Assembly (NCBI GenBank): GCA_043797085.1
Contig: JAZDQA010000004.1
Coordinates: 1-64,000, forward strand
DNA from: Pseudomonadota bacterium
Lineage (GTDB): Bacteria > Campylobacterota > Campylobacteria > Campylobacterales > Sulfurimonadaceae
Reading direction: 5' to 3'
Length of the DNA stretch: 64,000 nucleotides
Shown in pieces: positions 1 through 10,724 of this stretch; the first letter of the stretch is position 1; every line of letters starts with the position of its first letter. Made by a program: the position numbers and the translations under genes. The notes under the pieces were generated by a model that did no database searches, was not told the DNA's origin, and saw only the letters and a list, made by a program, of their open reading frames with translations.

Positions 1-217
1 AGCTTGAAGAGACTCCATTGTGCTCGTTATAGAGTGTTTGAGTCCCCTCAATGATATAACGCCCTTCATCATCAATACTAAGAGTGGCATTGGTAAAGAT
101 AGAAGCTTGTTCTTCACAGGGAACTAAATAGAAACGTTCCCCTATTGGATTAACAAGTATGCTTTTATGGCTCTCATCAAGTGCGAGATCACAGTTGGTA
201 TGGTAAATTTTAGACAT
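1..217 (-). CDS. Hypothetical protein, N-terminal part only (runs off the left edge)
   Basis: ATG at 217 with GGAGG RBS (226-230); open frame MSKIYHTNCDLALDESHKSILVNPIGERFYLVPC... to the window edge; not in the ORF track. Confidence 0.6.
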   Translation of the reverse strand, partial: MSKIYHTNCDLALDESHKSILVNPIGERFYLVPCEEQASIFTNATLSIDDEGRYIIEGTQTLYNEHNGVSSS

Positions 218-721
218 GGAAATATCCTCCTCTGATTGGGTCTTTTTTTTTAATATTTGGTGACAATGGTAAAAATCTGATCAAGATTTAGGATTGTTTG
301 ATAAAAAGAGACGATAGCTAATCACCACTCTTTATCAGGAAAAATTTGAGAACGTTCTCGGTTGCAACTGGTAAAAGTTTACAGTGTTTTAGAATTATGT
401 GCAAGGGCATAAAGTGCAAATTTATTCCCTTGAAATGGGAATTTGAAGAAGGTTGTGTTTATTTTTAAAGTGAAAAAATGGAGGCTTTTTTTTCGCAAAT
501 GTCAAGAGGAGAAAGGGAGAGTTTTACTTTAGGTAAGTGATGCAAAACAGTTGTTTTCGTACACTCTCCTTATCAATAAAATTTAAATTGTAAAACCAAT
601 ACAAGATACGATTTTGGTTCAATAAATTAATTAACATTTATCACATACTATGATGTTTTTTGATAGAATCAAATATAAATAGTGCTAAAAGCTGGTAAAA
701 CTAATGAATTGTATAGTTTAA

Positions 722-3700
722 ATGGGATCATCGGATATTCTCTTTATTGATCTCGAAGTTGGCGTTCATACTTATAAAATAGATTTAGTAGGTGCGTGGC
801 TTAATAATATTACCTATAATGGTAAAAGTGTCAATTATATACGAGAACTTTATTTCCAGTATAAGCCTCCGTATATTTGCGGTCATAACTTCATCAATCA
901 CGATAAAAAGTTTTTATTAGAAACTTCTTTCAACCCCATTTTTGATACCGCGAAGATAATTGATACTTTTTATGTATCAATGCTTGTTTATCCGGACAAG
1001 CTTTCCCATAAACTTTCTAAGCCGTACAAAACCGATGTACATATTCAAAATGATCCTTTTGGCGATTGTGTTGCAACAAAAGATCTTTTAGAATTGATGA
1101 TCGAGAGGTTTCGAACCTATGGTCCCTCAATGCAATCGCTTTTGAGCTCTTTACTCAGAAAAAATCCCTATTATGAGGCTTTCTTCGAATATCTTAATGT
1201 AGAGCCTCAGTATATTGACGTATATGAATTTTTTAGCACAAAGATTAAATGTTCTAAACAACGTTTTTTAGAGCTTTTAGATGAGTCTCCAGCAGAGATG
1301 GGAATCATTCTGGTTTACCTAATGACAAAAAAGCGCACTTCACTCTCTTATGCTGTTCTTCAAACATTCCCCAAAACGGTTCAATTGCTCAAAGATCTGC
1401 TTTATAATCAAGAATCAATCGATTTAATTCAGTTTGCCAACGATGAGTTTGGTCTTCCGGGATTTAGAGAATTCGAAGCCAGAGACAGTGGAAGCGATCT
1501 CTTTAGCCATGAATTAGAAAACATCTCACAGCTCCATATTATTGAATCTGCTCTCAGAGGGGAATCTCTTTTAGCCATTTTGCCTACGGGTGGAGGGAAA
1601 ACATTTGCCTTCCAGATGCCTGCACTGATTAAAGCTCAAGCCTATAAAGCACTTACTATTGTTATCTCTCCACTGCAAGCGTTGATGAAAAACCATGTTG
1701 AGAGTTTTCGAGAGAAGAATCAAAATTTCAAAGTTGCCGCTATTAGTGGTTATCTCAGCCCGATTGAGCGTCTTAACGCTATCGCAGAAGTAGAAAACGG
1801 CATTATCGATATTCTTTATTTAGCACCCGAGGCACTACGTTCCCACTCGATTTTCAATGCACTTAAAAAAAGAATTATTGAGCGGTTTGTTATCGACGAA
1901 GCACACTGTTTTTCCTCATGGGGGCATGACTTCCGGCACGATTACAAATACATCGCATCTTTTATCCGTGATCTGCAAACAAGCTCACCATTTCAAGGAA
2001 TCATCCCGGTTTCATGTCTGACGGCAACGGCTAAGCCTGAAGTGCTCGATGATATCAAACGCTATTTTTCGGATAGACTGGATCTTACACTATCGGAGTA
2101 TTTGGCTTCTGCTAAACGAACCAATTTACACTATAACGCAATCGAAGTCGCCGATGATAAAGATAAATATGAAACCCTTGTCAAAGAGATCAATCGAATC
2201 GGTAAAAAAGCAATTATTATCTATATTCCCCAAAATGCCCGCATGTGTAAAGATTTATGCGACAAACTTCTACAAGACACCCGAATTATTTCTATGGGGC
2301 TGGAAATTGAGCCATTTTATTCAAAAATAGACAGTGAGATTGATGATGGGAAGCGTCATGGACGGAATAAATCTGATATTTTGAATGACTTTATCGATGA
2401 CAAGATTGATATTGTTATTGCTACCACAGCGTTTGGAATGGGAATAGATAAACCTAATATTGAAGCAGTCATCCACTATGAAACATCCGATTCACTTGAG
2501 TCATATTTACAAGAGTCAGGACGGGGAGGGCGATCAGATACAATTGATGCTGAGTGTATCGTACTCTATGCAAATAAAGATTTCGACAAACTCTTTAATC
2601 AACAAAACCGCTCAAAAATCGAATATGCAGAGATCAACCGTATTCTCAAAGAGATCAAAAAAGAGAAACGTAATCCTGCTATCCTCTCCACAAAACAAAT
2701 TGCCGAAAAAGCGGGGATCGATACCGAAGATAGTTCCAAAGACTACGATGTAATGATTAAAACGGCACTTCTTGAACTCGAAGAAGCCGGAATCATTAAA
2801 CGAGGACGTAACACTACTAAAATTTATGCTACCTCGGTCAAAAAAGAGGAAAACACCAGCGCTATGGAGTATGTCCATAAAGTACTTGATCCGGATAAAG
2901 AGATTTTAGAGTTATATGATGAGATGATCAGGATTATGAGTGTCATCATAGGGCGTAGTAAGCTCGATCCTATTGAAGTGGATGATTTATCCGAACACTC
3001 CGGTGTTAAACGAAGCGATGTCCATAAAGTTCTCTACGCACTAGCAGAGTACGAACTTATCGCTATGGAAAACGATATTAGCGCACACATTACCAAAGGG
3101 GTTAAAAAAGAGCTGGAAGCTCATTTTGCATTTGAGAATAAACTCGTGGAATTTTTTAAATCTTTACCAGACTATCAAAGAGAGTTTCATTTACGGGACG
3201 TTAATGATATGTTGGGTGAAAAGACAAACCATATCCGTTTGTCCAAAAAAATTATACAAAGTTTTACTCATCTAGCAGCATTGGCAAAGAAAAAGTTCAA
3301 AGTCAAATTCAAAAAAGATTTTTGTCTCATTCTTGAAAAAGGGGATATGACTAAAATCGCAGAGTTGATTGCAATACGACAAAAGATTGCACGAGGAATC
3401 GTCGATACACTTCTGGAAAAACACAGTGGTAATAACGATGAAATCGAGTTTTCCTCAACAGAGCTCAAAAAAACAATCAGTGAAGTTTCTAAAATGAGTA
3501 TCGAAGGGTTTCATCACACTCTCGTTTATATGCATGACACTCTAAAAGAGTTCAAACTTCGTCGTGGAAGGCTGATCTATTATCAGGCGTTTGCTATCGA
3601 AAAAACTGGACGGATGAGTGAAGCAAAACCTTATCAAAAAATGAGGGATTATAATAATAGCTTGAAGCTTTATTATGAGCGAAAAACTGAAGCAATCCAT

Positions 3701-5617
3701 ATTCTCATGGCATTTTTCAAAAAGCTTCTAAAAGAGGGATGGGAGAGATGCGTTAAATTTGTTAGTGACTATTTCTCGATGGAATATAACGCTTTTAAAA
3801 AGCTTTATAAGTTTGATGAGAAGATGATCAAGCTTCCTCTAACTGAAGAGCGCTATCGAGAAATTATTGCAAATCTCAATGAAGAACAATCCAAAGTTTT
3901 TGAAGATAAAACCAATCGAGCTGTGATGGTACTTGCAGGTCCAGGAAGTGGTAAAACAAAAACACTTGTTCATAAAATAGCTTCACTTATTACATTGGAG
4001 AATCATAAACCGGATCATTTCCTCATGCTCACCCACGGCAGGGCAGCAGCCAATGAGTTTCGTACACGGCTATACAATCTAATCGGCGGGTTGGCATATG
4101 AAGTAGATATTATGACTTTTCATTCGTATGCTTTGCAGCTGATAGGGAAAAAAATATCGGATGAAAATCAGCTCTCCAATGCTATTTCTCTTGCAACTGA
4201 GGGGATAGCACGAGGAGAAATTGAGATACCGTTTAAGACGATGTTGATTCTTGATGAGTATCAGGATGTGAGTTTAAAAACATACCGATTCATAACGATG
4301 ATCTTCAAAAAAATGGAAGCGAACAAACGGATTATTGCAGTAGGAGATGATGATCAGTGCATCAACAATTTCGATGGCGATGATTGTGCAGATGTGACCT
4401 TTATGAAAGCGTTCGAGACAGAATTTAATGATAGTGCATCAGTAGAAGAAGAGGATGAAACTTCCGGTAATTTTGCACGCTATTCTCTACTAAATAACTA
4501 CCGAAGCAAGCACAATATCGTAACCTTTGCCAACACATTTGCTCGAACCATTCCCAATCGTCTTAAGCAGGATGATTTAATCGCAAATGATACGGGAAAT
4601 GGATATATTCAGATCGTAAATTATTCTCAGAACACTTCTATGATTGCAAATATAGCCAAAGCTATAGAAAACGATCCCTCTGAAAATATCGCGGTACTAT
4701 GCCGAACAAACAATGCTGTTTTGACCCTTTATTCTATTCTCAAAGCCAAAGAGATCAATGTTAAATACATTACCTCTAAAGACGGTTTTAGATTGGGTCA
4801 GCTTGTGGAGTTACAGGATTTTTTAGAACAGTGGAAAAAGTCATCGTATGTTGAAGCGGAAGATTGGATAAAACTACGCTATTCATCATCAGCAAATTAT
4901 CCACTTGCGCAAAAAGTGATTGAGCGGTTCATTAATGAAAATAATACGGAAAGCTTGGTACCTGAGTATTTAGCAGCGGCATTTGAAGAGTATCTCTATG
5001 ATATTGAGTTTGACGAATTTGAGTTTACCAAGGCAAAAGTGATTGTTTCTACGATGCACAAAGCAAAAGGGAAAGAGTTTGATAGTGTCTATGTAATGGT
5101 TGAAAACAACTTCATTCAGGATGACTATCAGCGTAGACTTTTGTATGTTGCCATAACTCGCGCCAAAGAAAACCTCTACATTCACACACAAGATCGATGC
5201 TTCAAACCAATGGAGCCTTTAGCTAACGAAGTTGTATCGGTGACGCAAATGGATGCTGAACCAGATAGCATCATTTTTACGATGGGATTGGGAGATCTGG
5301 CTCTTGCCAGTGACGCTGCTGCAAAAGGGATCAAATTATCCAATCCACAAGCTGGGGAAATGGTACGAATAGAGAAAGTAATGAATGAAGATGGATCGAT
5401 TTGGTTCAAACTCTCAAAAGATAGCAGAACAATATGCGTTCTTTCTAAACCTGATGGTGGAAAAAATCGCTTGAGTGATAAAATCCTCCAAAAAGAGTTG
5501 GAGGGTTATAGTCTTAGCCCAGATGTGACAATCGAATACATTGTCCGATGGAAAGAGACAATGGGTGACGAACGATATGATCAGGTTTTATGCAAGGTGT
5601 CAATGCAAAAGTCGTGA
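722..5617 (+). CDS. Large RecQ-family helicase fusion: N-terminal DEDD-like exonuclease domain, SF2 RecQ core, C-terminal SF1 UvrD-like helicase
   Basis: IDLE..GHN..D exonuclease-like motifs; RecQ motifs PTGGGKT, SPLQALM, DEAHCFSSWGHDFR, TATA, AFGMGID, QESGRGGR; second Walker A AGPGSGKT, DEYQD, VGDDDQ, NYRS, TMHKAKGKEFD, YVAITRAK. Confidence 0.88.
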   Translation: MGSSDILFIDLEVGVHTYKIDLVGAWLNNITYNGKSVNYIRELYFQYKPPYICGHNFINHDKKFLLETSFNPIFDTAKIIDTFYVSMLVYPDKLSHKLSKPYKTDVHIQNDPFGDCVATKDLLELMIERFRTYGPSMQSLLSSLLRKNPYYEAFFEYLNVEPQYIDVYEFFSTKIKCSKQRFLELLDESPAEMGIILVYLMTKKRTSLSYAVLQTFPKTVQLLKDLLYNQESIDLIQFANDEFGLPGFREFEARDSGSDLFSHELENISQLHIIESALRGESLLAILPTGGGKTFAFQMPALIKAQAYKALTIVISPLQALMKNHVESFREKNQNFKVAAISGYLSPIERLNAIAEVENGIIDILYLAPEALRSHSIFNALKKRIIERFVIDEAHCFSSWGHDFRHDYKYIASFIRDLQTSSPFQGIIPVSCLTATAKPEVLDDIKRYFSDRLDLTLSEYLASAKRTNLHYNAIEVADDKDKYETLVKEINRIGKKAIIIYIPQNARMCKDLCDKLLQDTRIISMGLEIEPFYSKIDSEIDDGKRHGRNKSDILNDFIDDKIDIVIATTAFGMGIDKPNIEAVIHYETSDSLESYLQESGRGGRSDTIDAECIVLYANKDFDKLFNQQNRSKIEYAEINRILKEIKKEKRNPAILSTKQIAEKAGIDTEDSSKDYDVMIKTALLELEEAGIIKRGRNTTKIYATSVKKEENTSAMEYVHKVLDPDKEILELYDEMIRIMSVIIGRSKLDPIEVDDLSEHSGVKRSDVHKVLYALAEYELIAMENDISAHITKGVKKELEAHFAFENKLVEFFKSLPDYQREFHLRDVNDMLGEKTNHIRLSKKIIQSFTHLAALAKKKFKVKFKKDFCLILEKGDMTKIAELIAIRQKIARGIVDTLLEKHSGNNDEIEFSSTELKKTISEVSKMSIEGFHHTLVYMHDTLKEFKLRRGRLIYYQAFAIEKTGRMSEAKPYQKMRDYNNSLKLYYERKTEAIHILMAFFKKLLKEGWERCVKFVSDYFSMEYNAFKKLYKFDEKMIKLPLTEERYREIIANLNEEQSKVFEDKTNRAVMVLAGPGSGKTKTLVHKIASLITLENHKPDHFLMLTHGRAAANEFRTRLYNLIGGLAYEVDIMTFHSYALQLIGKKISDENQLSNAISLATEGIARGEIEIPFKTMLILDEYQDVSLKTYRFITMIFKKMEANKRIIAVGDDDQCINNFDGDDCADVTFMKAFETEFNDSASVEEEDETSGNFARYSLLNNYRSKHNIVTFANTFARTIPNRLKQDDLIANDTGNGYIQIVNYSQNTSMIANIAKAIENDPSENIAVLCRTNNAVLTLYSILKAKEINVKYITSKDGFRLGQLVELQDFLEQWKKSSYVEAEDWIKLRYSSSANYPLAQKVIERFINENNTESLVPEYLAAAFEEYLYDIEFDEFEFTKAKVIVSTMHKAKGKEFDSVYVMVENNFIQDDYQRRLLYVAITRAKENLYIHTQDRCFKPMEPLANEVVSVTQMDAEPDSIIFTMGLGDLALASDAAAKGIKLSNPQAGEMVRIEKVMNEDGSIWFKLSKDSRTICVLSKPDGGKNRLSDKILQKELEGYSLSPDVTIEYIVRWKETMGDERYDQVLCKVSMQKS

Positions 5618-5623
5618 TCTTCG

Positions 5624-7096
5624 TTACAGTGCCATCAACGTTTGATACTCTTTAAGCGCATAATCGTCAGTCATTCCGCTGATATAATCAAGCAGGAGTC
5701 GGCAGCGATAATACCACTCCAACATTAGTCTTTCCTTATCGGTATATTCTTCCTTGATGGCTTCGACACTGACAGAATAGGCAACAATGTGTTTTTGAGA
5801 TAAACGACGAAAAAACTTGGAAGCCAGCCCATAATCGATTTGCTCATCTTTGAGTAATTTAGCCATATCATCAAATGGAACTTCGAGAATCGGTTTATAG
5901 AGGTTGAGGAGTCCTGATAGTATCGTATGCCCTTTGAGCTCTAGTGTCTCGACTTCGCGGTTATGGTAGATATGTTTCGTTGAGATATTTTGGAGGATTT
6001 TGAGAGCAATAAAATATTTGCTTTTTTTGTCAAATTCGAGAAGAGGATAATTGAATGTCCCATTAAAAATCGCTTCGTGGTTATCGATATAAACCTTAGT
6101 GACTTGAGCAACCAATTTCCCGATTAAAGCAGCGCGGATGGAGACGAGGAACATATTGAAACGGTATGGCTTCTCTTCACTCTTTTGTGCTTTGTCGTAC
6201 GCTCCTTGTACTAAATCAACGAGATAGGTTTCCTCGGTTCCGTACTTTTCATTCACCTTTGGCGATTCCGCCATAATCAGAGCGTAGATTTTGTCTAACG
6301 TAAGGATCTTTTTATCGACGGCATCTTCGAGATCGGCGGTAAGGTACGAGATATCATCCGCTGCTTCCATGACATAAGTGATCGGAAAGCGTGTGCCTTT
6401 AGACATTTCAAGAGCTTGGCATACCGTCTCGACAAACTCTTTTTCGGAATAGTAGTATCCCGGTTTCTTTTGGAGATAGGAGAGAGTGTCTGATATGTCC
6501 GGTTTGCTCTCGAAAGCTCCACGTGTGTATTTGAGGATTGCCGCTGTCTGGGTGTAGGATAAGTTGAGGCGTTGAAGTTTATGCACGATACGGATCGCCT
6601 GCGCATTGCCGTCGAAATTACTCAGGTCTTTGATGAGCATATCTCGAAACGGATGTACTGCTTCAGACATATTGGGATAGAGGGCATTTAAAATTGTGGG
6701 AGCCTCTTTTGCCATCCATGCATTGATTGATTCTTCAGCTGAGTGACCAAAAGGAGGATTGCCAATATCGTGTAACAGACTTGCCATCTCGGCAGTGGAA
6801 ACGAAAGCATTGTCCATCTCTTCCAATCCAAATGTTTCAGTTAGGTCTTGTTTTTTGATTTCGGAAAGGATACTTTTAGCGATATACCGGCTCGTCTGCT
6901 GTACTTCGAGTGAATGTGTTAGACGGCTACGGACTGCTGCATTGAGTTCGAGGGCGAATACCTGTGTTCTTTTTTGGAGCCGACGCAGAGCTGGGGCGGA
7001 GATGATACGACCACGGTCGCTCTCAACCGAACCATCAATATTAGGAATCTCATTCATCGCTCTGTGAATCGTCAGCTTTTTACGATAATCAATCAT
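5624..7096 (-). CDS. dgt: dGTP triphosphohydrolase (HD family, Dgt type); candidate anti-phage dGTPase
   Basis: RRLQKRTQVF, RSRLTHSLEV, LLHDIGNPPFGH, FDGNAQ, EAADDISY, DYISGMTD. Confidence 0.92.
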   Translation of the reverse strand: MIDYRKKLTIHRAMNEIPNIDGSVESDRGRIISAPALRRLQKRTQVFALELNAAVRSRLTHSLEVQQTSRYIAKSILSEIKKQDLTETFGLEEMDNAFVSTAEMASLLHDIGNPPFGHSAEESINAWMAKEAPTILNALYPNMSEAVHPFRDMLIKDLSNFDGNAQAIRIVHKLQRLNLSYTQTAAILKYTRGAFESKPDISDTLSYLQKKPGYYYSEKEFVETVCQALEMSKGTRFPITYVMEAADDISYLTADLEDAVDKKILTLDKIYALIMAESPKVNEKYGTEETYLVDLVQGAYDKAQKSEEKPYRFNMFLVSIRAALIGKLVAQVTKVYIDNHEAIFNGTFNYPLLEFDKKSKYFIALKILQNISTKHIYHNREVETLELKGHTILSGLLNLYKPILEVPFDDMAKLLKDEQIDYGLASKFFRRLSQKHIVAYSVSVEAIKEEYTDKERLMLEWYYRCRLLLDYISGMTDDYALKEYQTLMAL

Positions 7097-8576
7097 TTAG
7101 TACCTTTCTGAGTTTTTGATGCACTCTGACCATCGCCAGTGTATCGAGTTTGCAGTATTCTAGGAGAGCATGGCGGATACGCTCTTGCTCTACCTCTTCC
7201 ATCGTTGCAAGCTTGGCGTAGGCGTTCATCGCTTCACCGCCGTTTTGGACTCCGTCGAGCTCTTTATAGGCTTGTGCCATCTCTGGGACGAGGGCAGGGA
7301 GGACGTATTTGATCGAATAGCTTCCGTTCATGGATGGGGTGACGTAATGCCCCTTTTGAAACGGCACCATCAGATCACGGATATTGGGGATGATGCTTTT
7401 GAGGCGTTCGCTGAGATCGGGGAAGCTAAGGGCTAGTTTTTCAATCACTCCTTTCTCGAAGCTCATGTTATACGCCAGTACCGTGACGTTGTCGGGGATA
7501 TCATTGATCAGCTGTTGCGCCAATGCGTAGCGCGGATCGGCTCCTGCGGGTGCCAGAAACTCCCGATGCTCCAGCTCCCCGTTCGCGTGCTCGATATGGA
7601 GCGAATACTGAAACGGTATTTGCTGATAGGGGCTGATCCCGTTCCATTGTGGAACCGCCTGTTGAAACGTCTCGAAATCGAGATGGTAGATCGGATAGGT
7701 GAGGGTGGAGAGAAACTCACGGATTGCGTCACTGTCGATGTAGGTACGCTGGCTTTTCCAGTTATCGACTTTTTGCTGTTGGATGGCGGTCATTTTGTAG
7801 CTATCGGGAATATCCTCGATACGAACGATCCCTTGATTGTACAGTTCGATCTGATTCTTGCTCCCGAGGTTAAAGATATTAAAGACGGAGTAATCGGGGA
7901 TGATTCGCTGTACTTTCCAGCAGTAGTGCATCGCGTCGCACTCATAGGGGTTTTTGCAGTGCTTGCCGATCTCAATGGCGGGTTCGTTCTCTCTATCTGC
8001 GAGATATGTTTCAAACTCGGCCAGTTTGGCAGGGACACCGCTCATCAGCGCATCTACTGCACCGCTCACATCGGCGACGGTAAAGAGGGCGCTTAGATCG
8101 AGTTCATCGCCCCGAACGTAGGAGGTGTCGATATGGACGACATAGCAGTTGGTGACGGTATGCCCGAGGCTCTCGATGACATAGCGCTGTATCGAGACAT
8201 CGCGCAGATAGATCTCCTTGACCTCCGAGGAGCTTTTAACCTCGTATATCTCTACACCATTGGGAGTAACGCGGAGGACATCGACCATCACGACGATCCC
8301 CTCATGGATAAACGTTGCTTCATAGATATACTCTAACCCCTCATCCATCCGCTCTCGTGTCAGCTCCGCCATCCCTGTGAAGTTTTTCTCCATATAGGGG
8401 ATTTCACGACCGTTTGGGAAGAGGGCGCATGCCAGATCGCCGACGATATTTCCTGTCTCGAATCGTGCGAGGGCGGTGGCATCGGGTGGAGTCAGCACCT
8501 CTGGGCTTTGTTTTTTCAGCCAGAGGGATTTCGGGCACTGGATTCCGCGGGTGTAGAGGGATTTGGAGAGAAGCAT
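7089..8576 (-). CDS. DUF2779-type protein: Cas4/AddB-like PD-(D/E)XK nuclease plus RNase H-like DEDDy domain
   Basis: LSKS..GIQCPK.LWL N-terminus; EATF..VDVL..YEVKSS; Cys cluster HCKNPYECDAMHYC; LDFETF, AYNMSFE, YCKLD. Confidence 0.8.
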   Translation of the reverse strand: MLLSKSLYTRGIQCPKSLWLKKQSPEVLTPPDATALARFETGNIVGDLACALFPNGREIPYMEKNFTGMAELTRERMDEGLEYIYEATFIHEGIVVMVDVLRVTPNGVEIYEVKSSSEVKEIYLRDVSIQRYVIESLGHTVTNCYVVHIDTSYVRGDELDLSALFTVADVSGAVDALMSGVPAKLAEFETYLADRENEPAIEIGKHCKNPYECDAMHYCWKVQRIIPDYSVFNIFNLGSKNQIELYNQGIVRIEDIPDSYKMTAIQQQKVDNWKSQRTYIDSDAIREFLSTLTYPIYHLDFETFQQAVPQWNGISPYQQIPFQYSLHIEHANGELEHREFLAPAGADPRYALAQQLINDIPDNVTVLAYNMSFEKGVIEKLALSFPDLSERLKSIIPNIRDLMVPFQKGHYVTPSMNGSYSIKYVLPALVPEMAQAYKELDGVQNGGEAMNAYAKLATMEEVEQERIRHALLEYCKLDTLAMVRVHQKLRKVLND

Positions 8577-8585
8577 AATAAAAAT

Positions 8586-10724
8586 TTATCCTATAATTTC
8601 ACATCTATTGAATGTATCAATAATAAAATTTTGATCATTTTCTGCATTTTCTAAAATAATCGAACAAAACGGTATATTATTATAGTAATCGATAAAATTA
8701 TAAAAACCTTCTAGTCTCTCAATAAAACCTTCAATAGTCATTTCAGCAATTACTATTTTTATATAACCTTCATTTTCATCAATATATATTTTTAACTTTT
8801 GATCAGGGTCTATTGTTTCAAAAATGGGTGTTGGTATATGGTTCATTAGTATATTTTCAATGTCGATAATATTTTGTGTTAAATTCAAAATCTCTATTAT
8901 TTGTGTTTTTGTATTCAAGTAGTCATTAAATTTTAAATATTTTTTCCCAATAATATAATTTTCTTCATTTGCACCAATAAACATATAGTCATTTCCAATA
9001 TTACTTTGAAGAATGAATTTTTTGTTATCTATAGATAATTCTAAGATATTACCTATAGCTTTAACCGTAAAAGAAATAGTTTTTTTATTTCCTATGTCAA
9101 TTATAATGACTTCATTGTTAATATGTTTTTGATATAGATTGTAAAACCAATTATTAAAATGAATTAATCCATCCTCATATTTTCCATTTTCAAAGAAGCA
9201 CATTGCTAAGCCATATAATGCAGTTGTATTGATTGGATTTAATTTTAATGCTTCTTTGAAAAGTTGTTTTGCTTTTGCATATTTACCTAAAAATCTTTCT
9301 ACTTCACCCTTCTGACTTAGTGCTTGTTCCATATTTTTATCTAGTGCGAGAGCTTTATCAAGATTTCTGAGTACATCATTATTTAAAGGATTTAAAATAT
9401 ATTGACAAATAGCTAAGTTTAAATAACTATTTTCAAAATGATCATTTTTTTCAATAGAGAGATTGAAATAATTTATTGCATTTTCTAAATCGTGTAAAAA
9501 CATATAGGACACAGCTATATTATAGAGAATCTTATCATCCAATTCGTGAGTATTTATTTTCATAAATACCGAAATAGCTTCCTCATATTTATGAAGTTTT
9601 CCTAAGCATATGCCATAGATCATTAAAAATTTTGTTGTATTGTTATATTTTTTACAAATTTCAATTGCTTCCTGATATTCATTCAATTGAACGTATATGG
9701 CAGAAATTTTATACTCTAAAGCTTCTGTTTGATCGTTTTGGTTTTCTACTTCTAAAATCTTTTTATATTTGATCAAGGCTTCTGGAAATTCTTGGTTTTG
9801 AATGCATTTTTCTGCTTCATAAATTTCAATAGTATGGTTCGGACATAGTTCTAAAATTTTATTTAACTCTATTAGCAGTTCTTTATTCGTATAAAAATCA
9901 AGTACTTTTTCTATATGGATTAATTTTAATAATCTATCTAAAACATTTCTATTTAATAATCTACTGGTCTTTTCTGAATTGCTGGATTTTTTTGATACAT
10001 CAAAATAAATAGAGCAAAAAAGTTGTTCCAGATTTGTTGTTCTGTCATATATTAATTTCTCCGATTTGAGTAATTCAGCTATTTCATGTTCAAGATTTTC
10101 AATATCTTCTTTTGGATCTGATACTTGTGAGATATCAAATCTTATTTTTTTCAAGAATTCTATAAAATCGTCTTTTTCTAGATCATCTTTGAAAGTAAAC
10201 AATTTACTTTTAATCTCTTTCGTTTTATGTTCTTTTGATTTTTTATCTTTTATGGTGTCAAGCCCCTTTTCTAATCGTTTTGTTGCATAAGTAATAAGAT
10301 TGTTTTTAATAATTAAAATGATATTGTCTGGAATTTCATATATACCCTTTTGACGGTTCTCATACCACTTTCTTAATTCCTTACCTGCTATTGGTTTAAA
10401 ATCAGAGTTTGTGATAAAATAAAATTCATCAACATCGTATTGGCGATTTAAGTTATAGAAATTTAATATAGATGAAATGAAATGTTCATCATTGATTCCA
10501 AGTTTGTCTGAATAGCTTTTTACTTGATGAAATGTATATTTTTGTGTATTTTGATCGTGTTCTCCAATGTCATCTTCCCATTCACAATAAATATCTATAT
10601 CATTGTCACAGATAAAATTATTTATCCATAGTTTCATCGTTTTTAAATACTGATAATGGAATCCTCGATTTGTAGCTATTGCATCTGTGTTTTCTTTGAA
10701 TATATGAAGTTCTTTATTTGACAT
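8586..10724 (-). CDS. Cap4/DUF4297-like dsDNA nuclease domain fused to TPR repeats
   Basis: N-terminal RGFHYQ..CEWEDDI..FHQVKS..FITN motif set; TPR-like repeats at about aa 300-530 (YNIAVSY..AINYFNLSIE, ALSQKGEV..AKQLFKEAL, ALYGLAMC); very AT-rich. Confidence 0.7.
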   Translation of the reverse strand: MSNKELHIFKENTDAIATNRGFHYQYLKTMKLWINNFICDNDIDIYCEWEDDIGEHDQNTQKYTFHQVKSYSDKLGINDEHFISSILNFYNLNRQYDVDEFYFITNSDFKPIAGKELRKWYENRQKGIYEIPDNIILIIKNNLITYATKRLEKGLDTIKDKKSKEHKTKEIKSKLFTFKDDLEKDDFIEFLKKIRFDISQVSDPKEDIENLEHEIAELLKSEKLIYDRTTNLEQLFCSIYFDVSKKSSNSEKTSRLLNRNVLDRLLKLIHIEKVLDFYTNKELLIELNKILELCPNHTIEIYEAEKCIQNQEFPEALIKYKKILEVENQNDQTEALEYKISAIYVQLNEYQEAIEICKKYNNTTKFLMIYGICLGKLHKYEEAISVFMKINTHELDDKILYNIAVSYMFLHDLENAINYFNLSIEKNDHFENSYLNLAICQYILNPLNNDVLRNLDKALALDKNMEQALSQKGEVERFLGKYAKAKQLFKEALKLNPINTTALYGLAMCFFENGKYEDGLIHFNNWFYNLYQKHINNEVIIIDIGNKKTISFTVKAIGNILELSIDNKKFILQSNIGNDYMFIGANEENYIIGKKYLKFNDYLNTKTQIIEILNLTQNIIDIENILMNHIPTPIFETIDPDQKLKIYIDENEGYIKIVIAEMTIEGFIERLEGFYNFIDYYNNIPFCSIILENAENDQNFIIDTFNRCEIIG

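Noticed and set aside
349..368. Adjacent palindromes GAGAACGTTCTC and GTTGCAAC as the left att site
   Set aside because: Only a few bases match the tRNA-fMet 3' end, which is compatible with chance.
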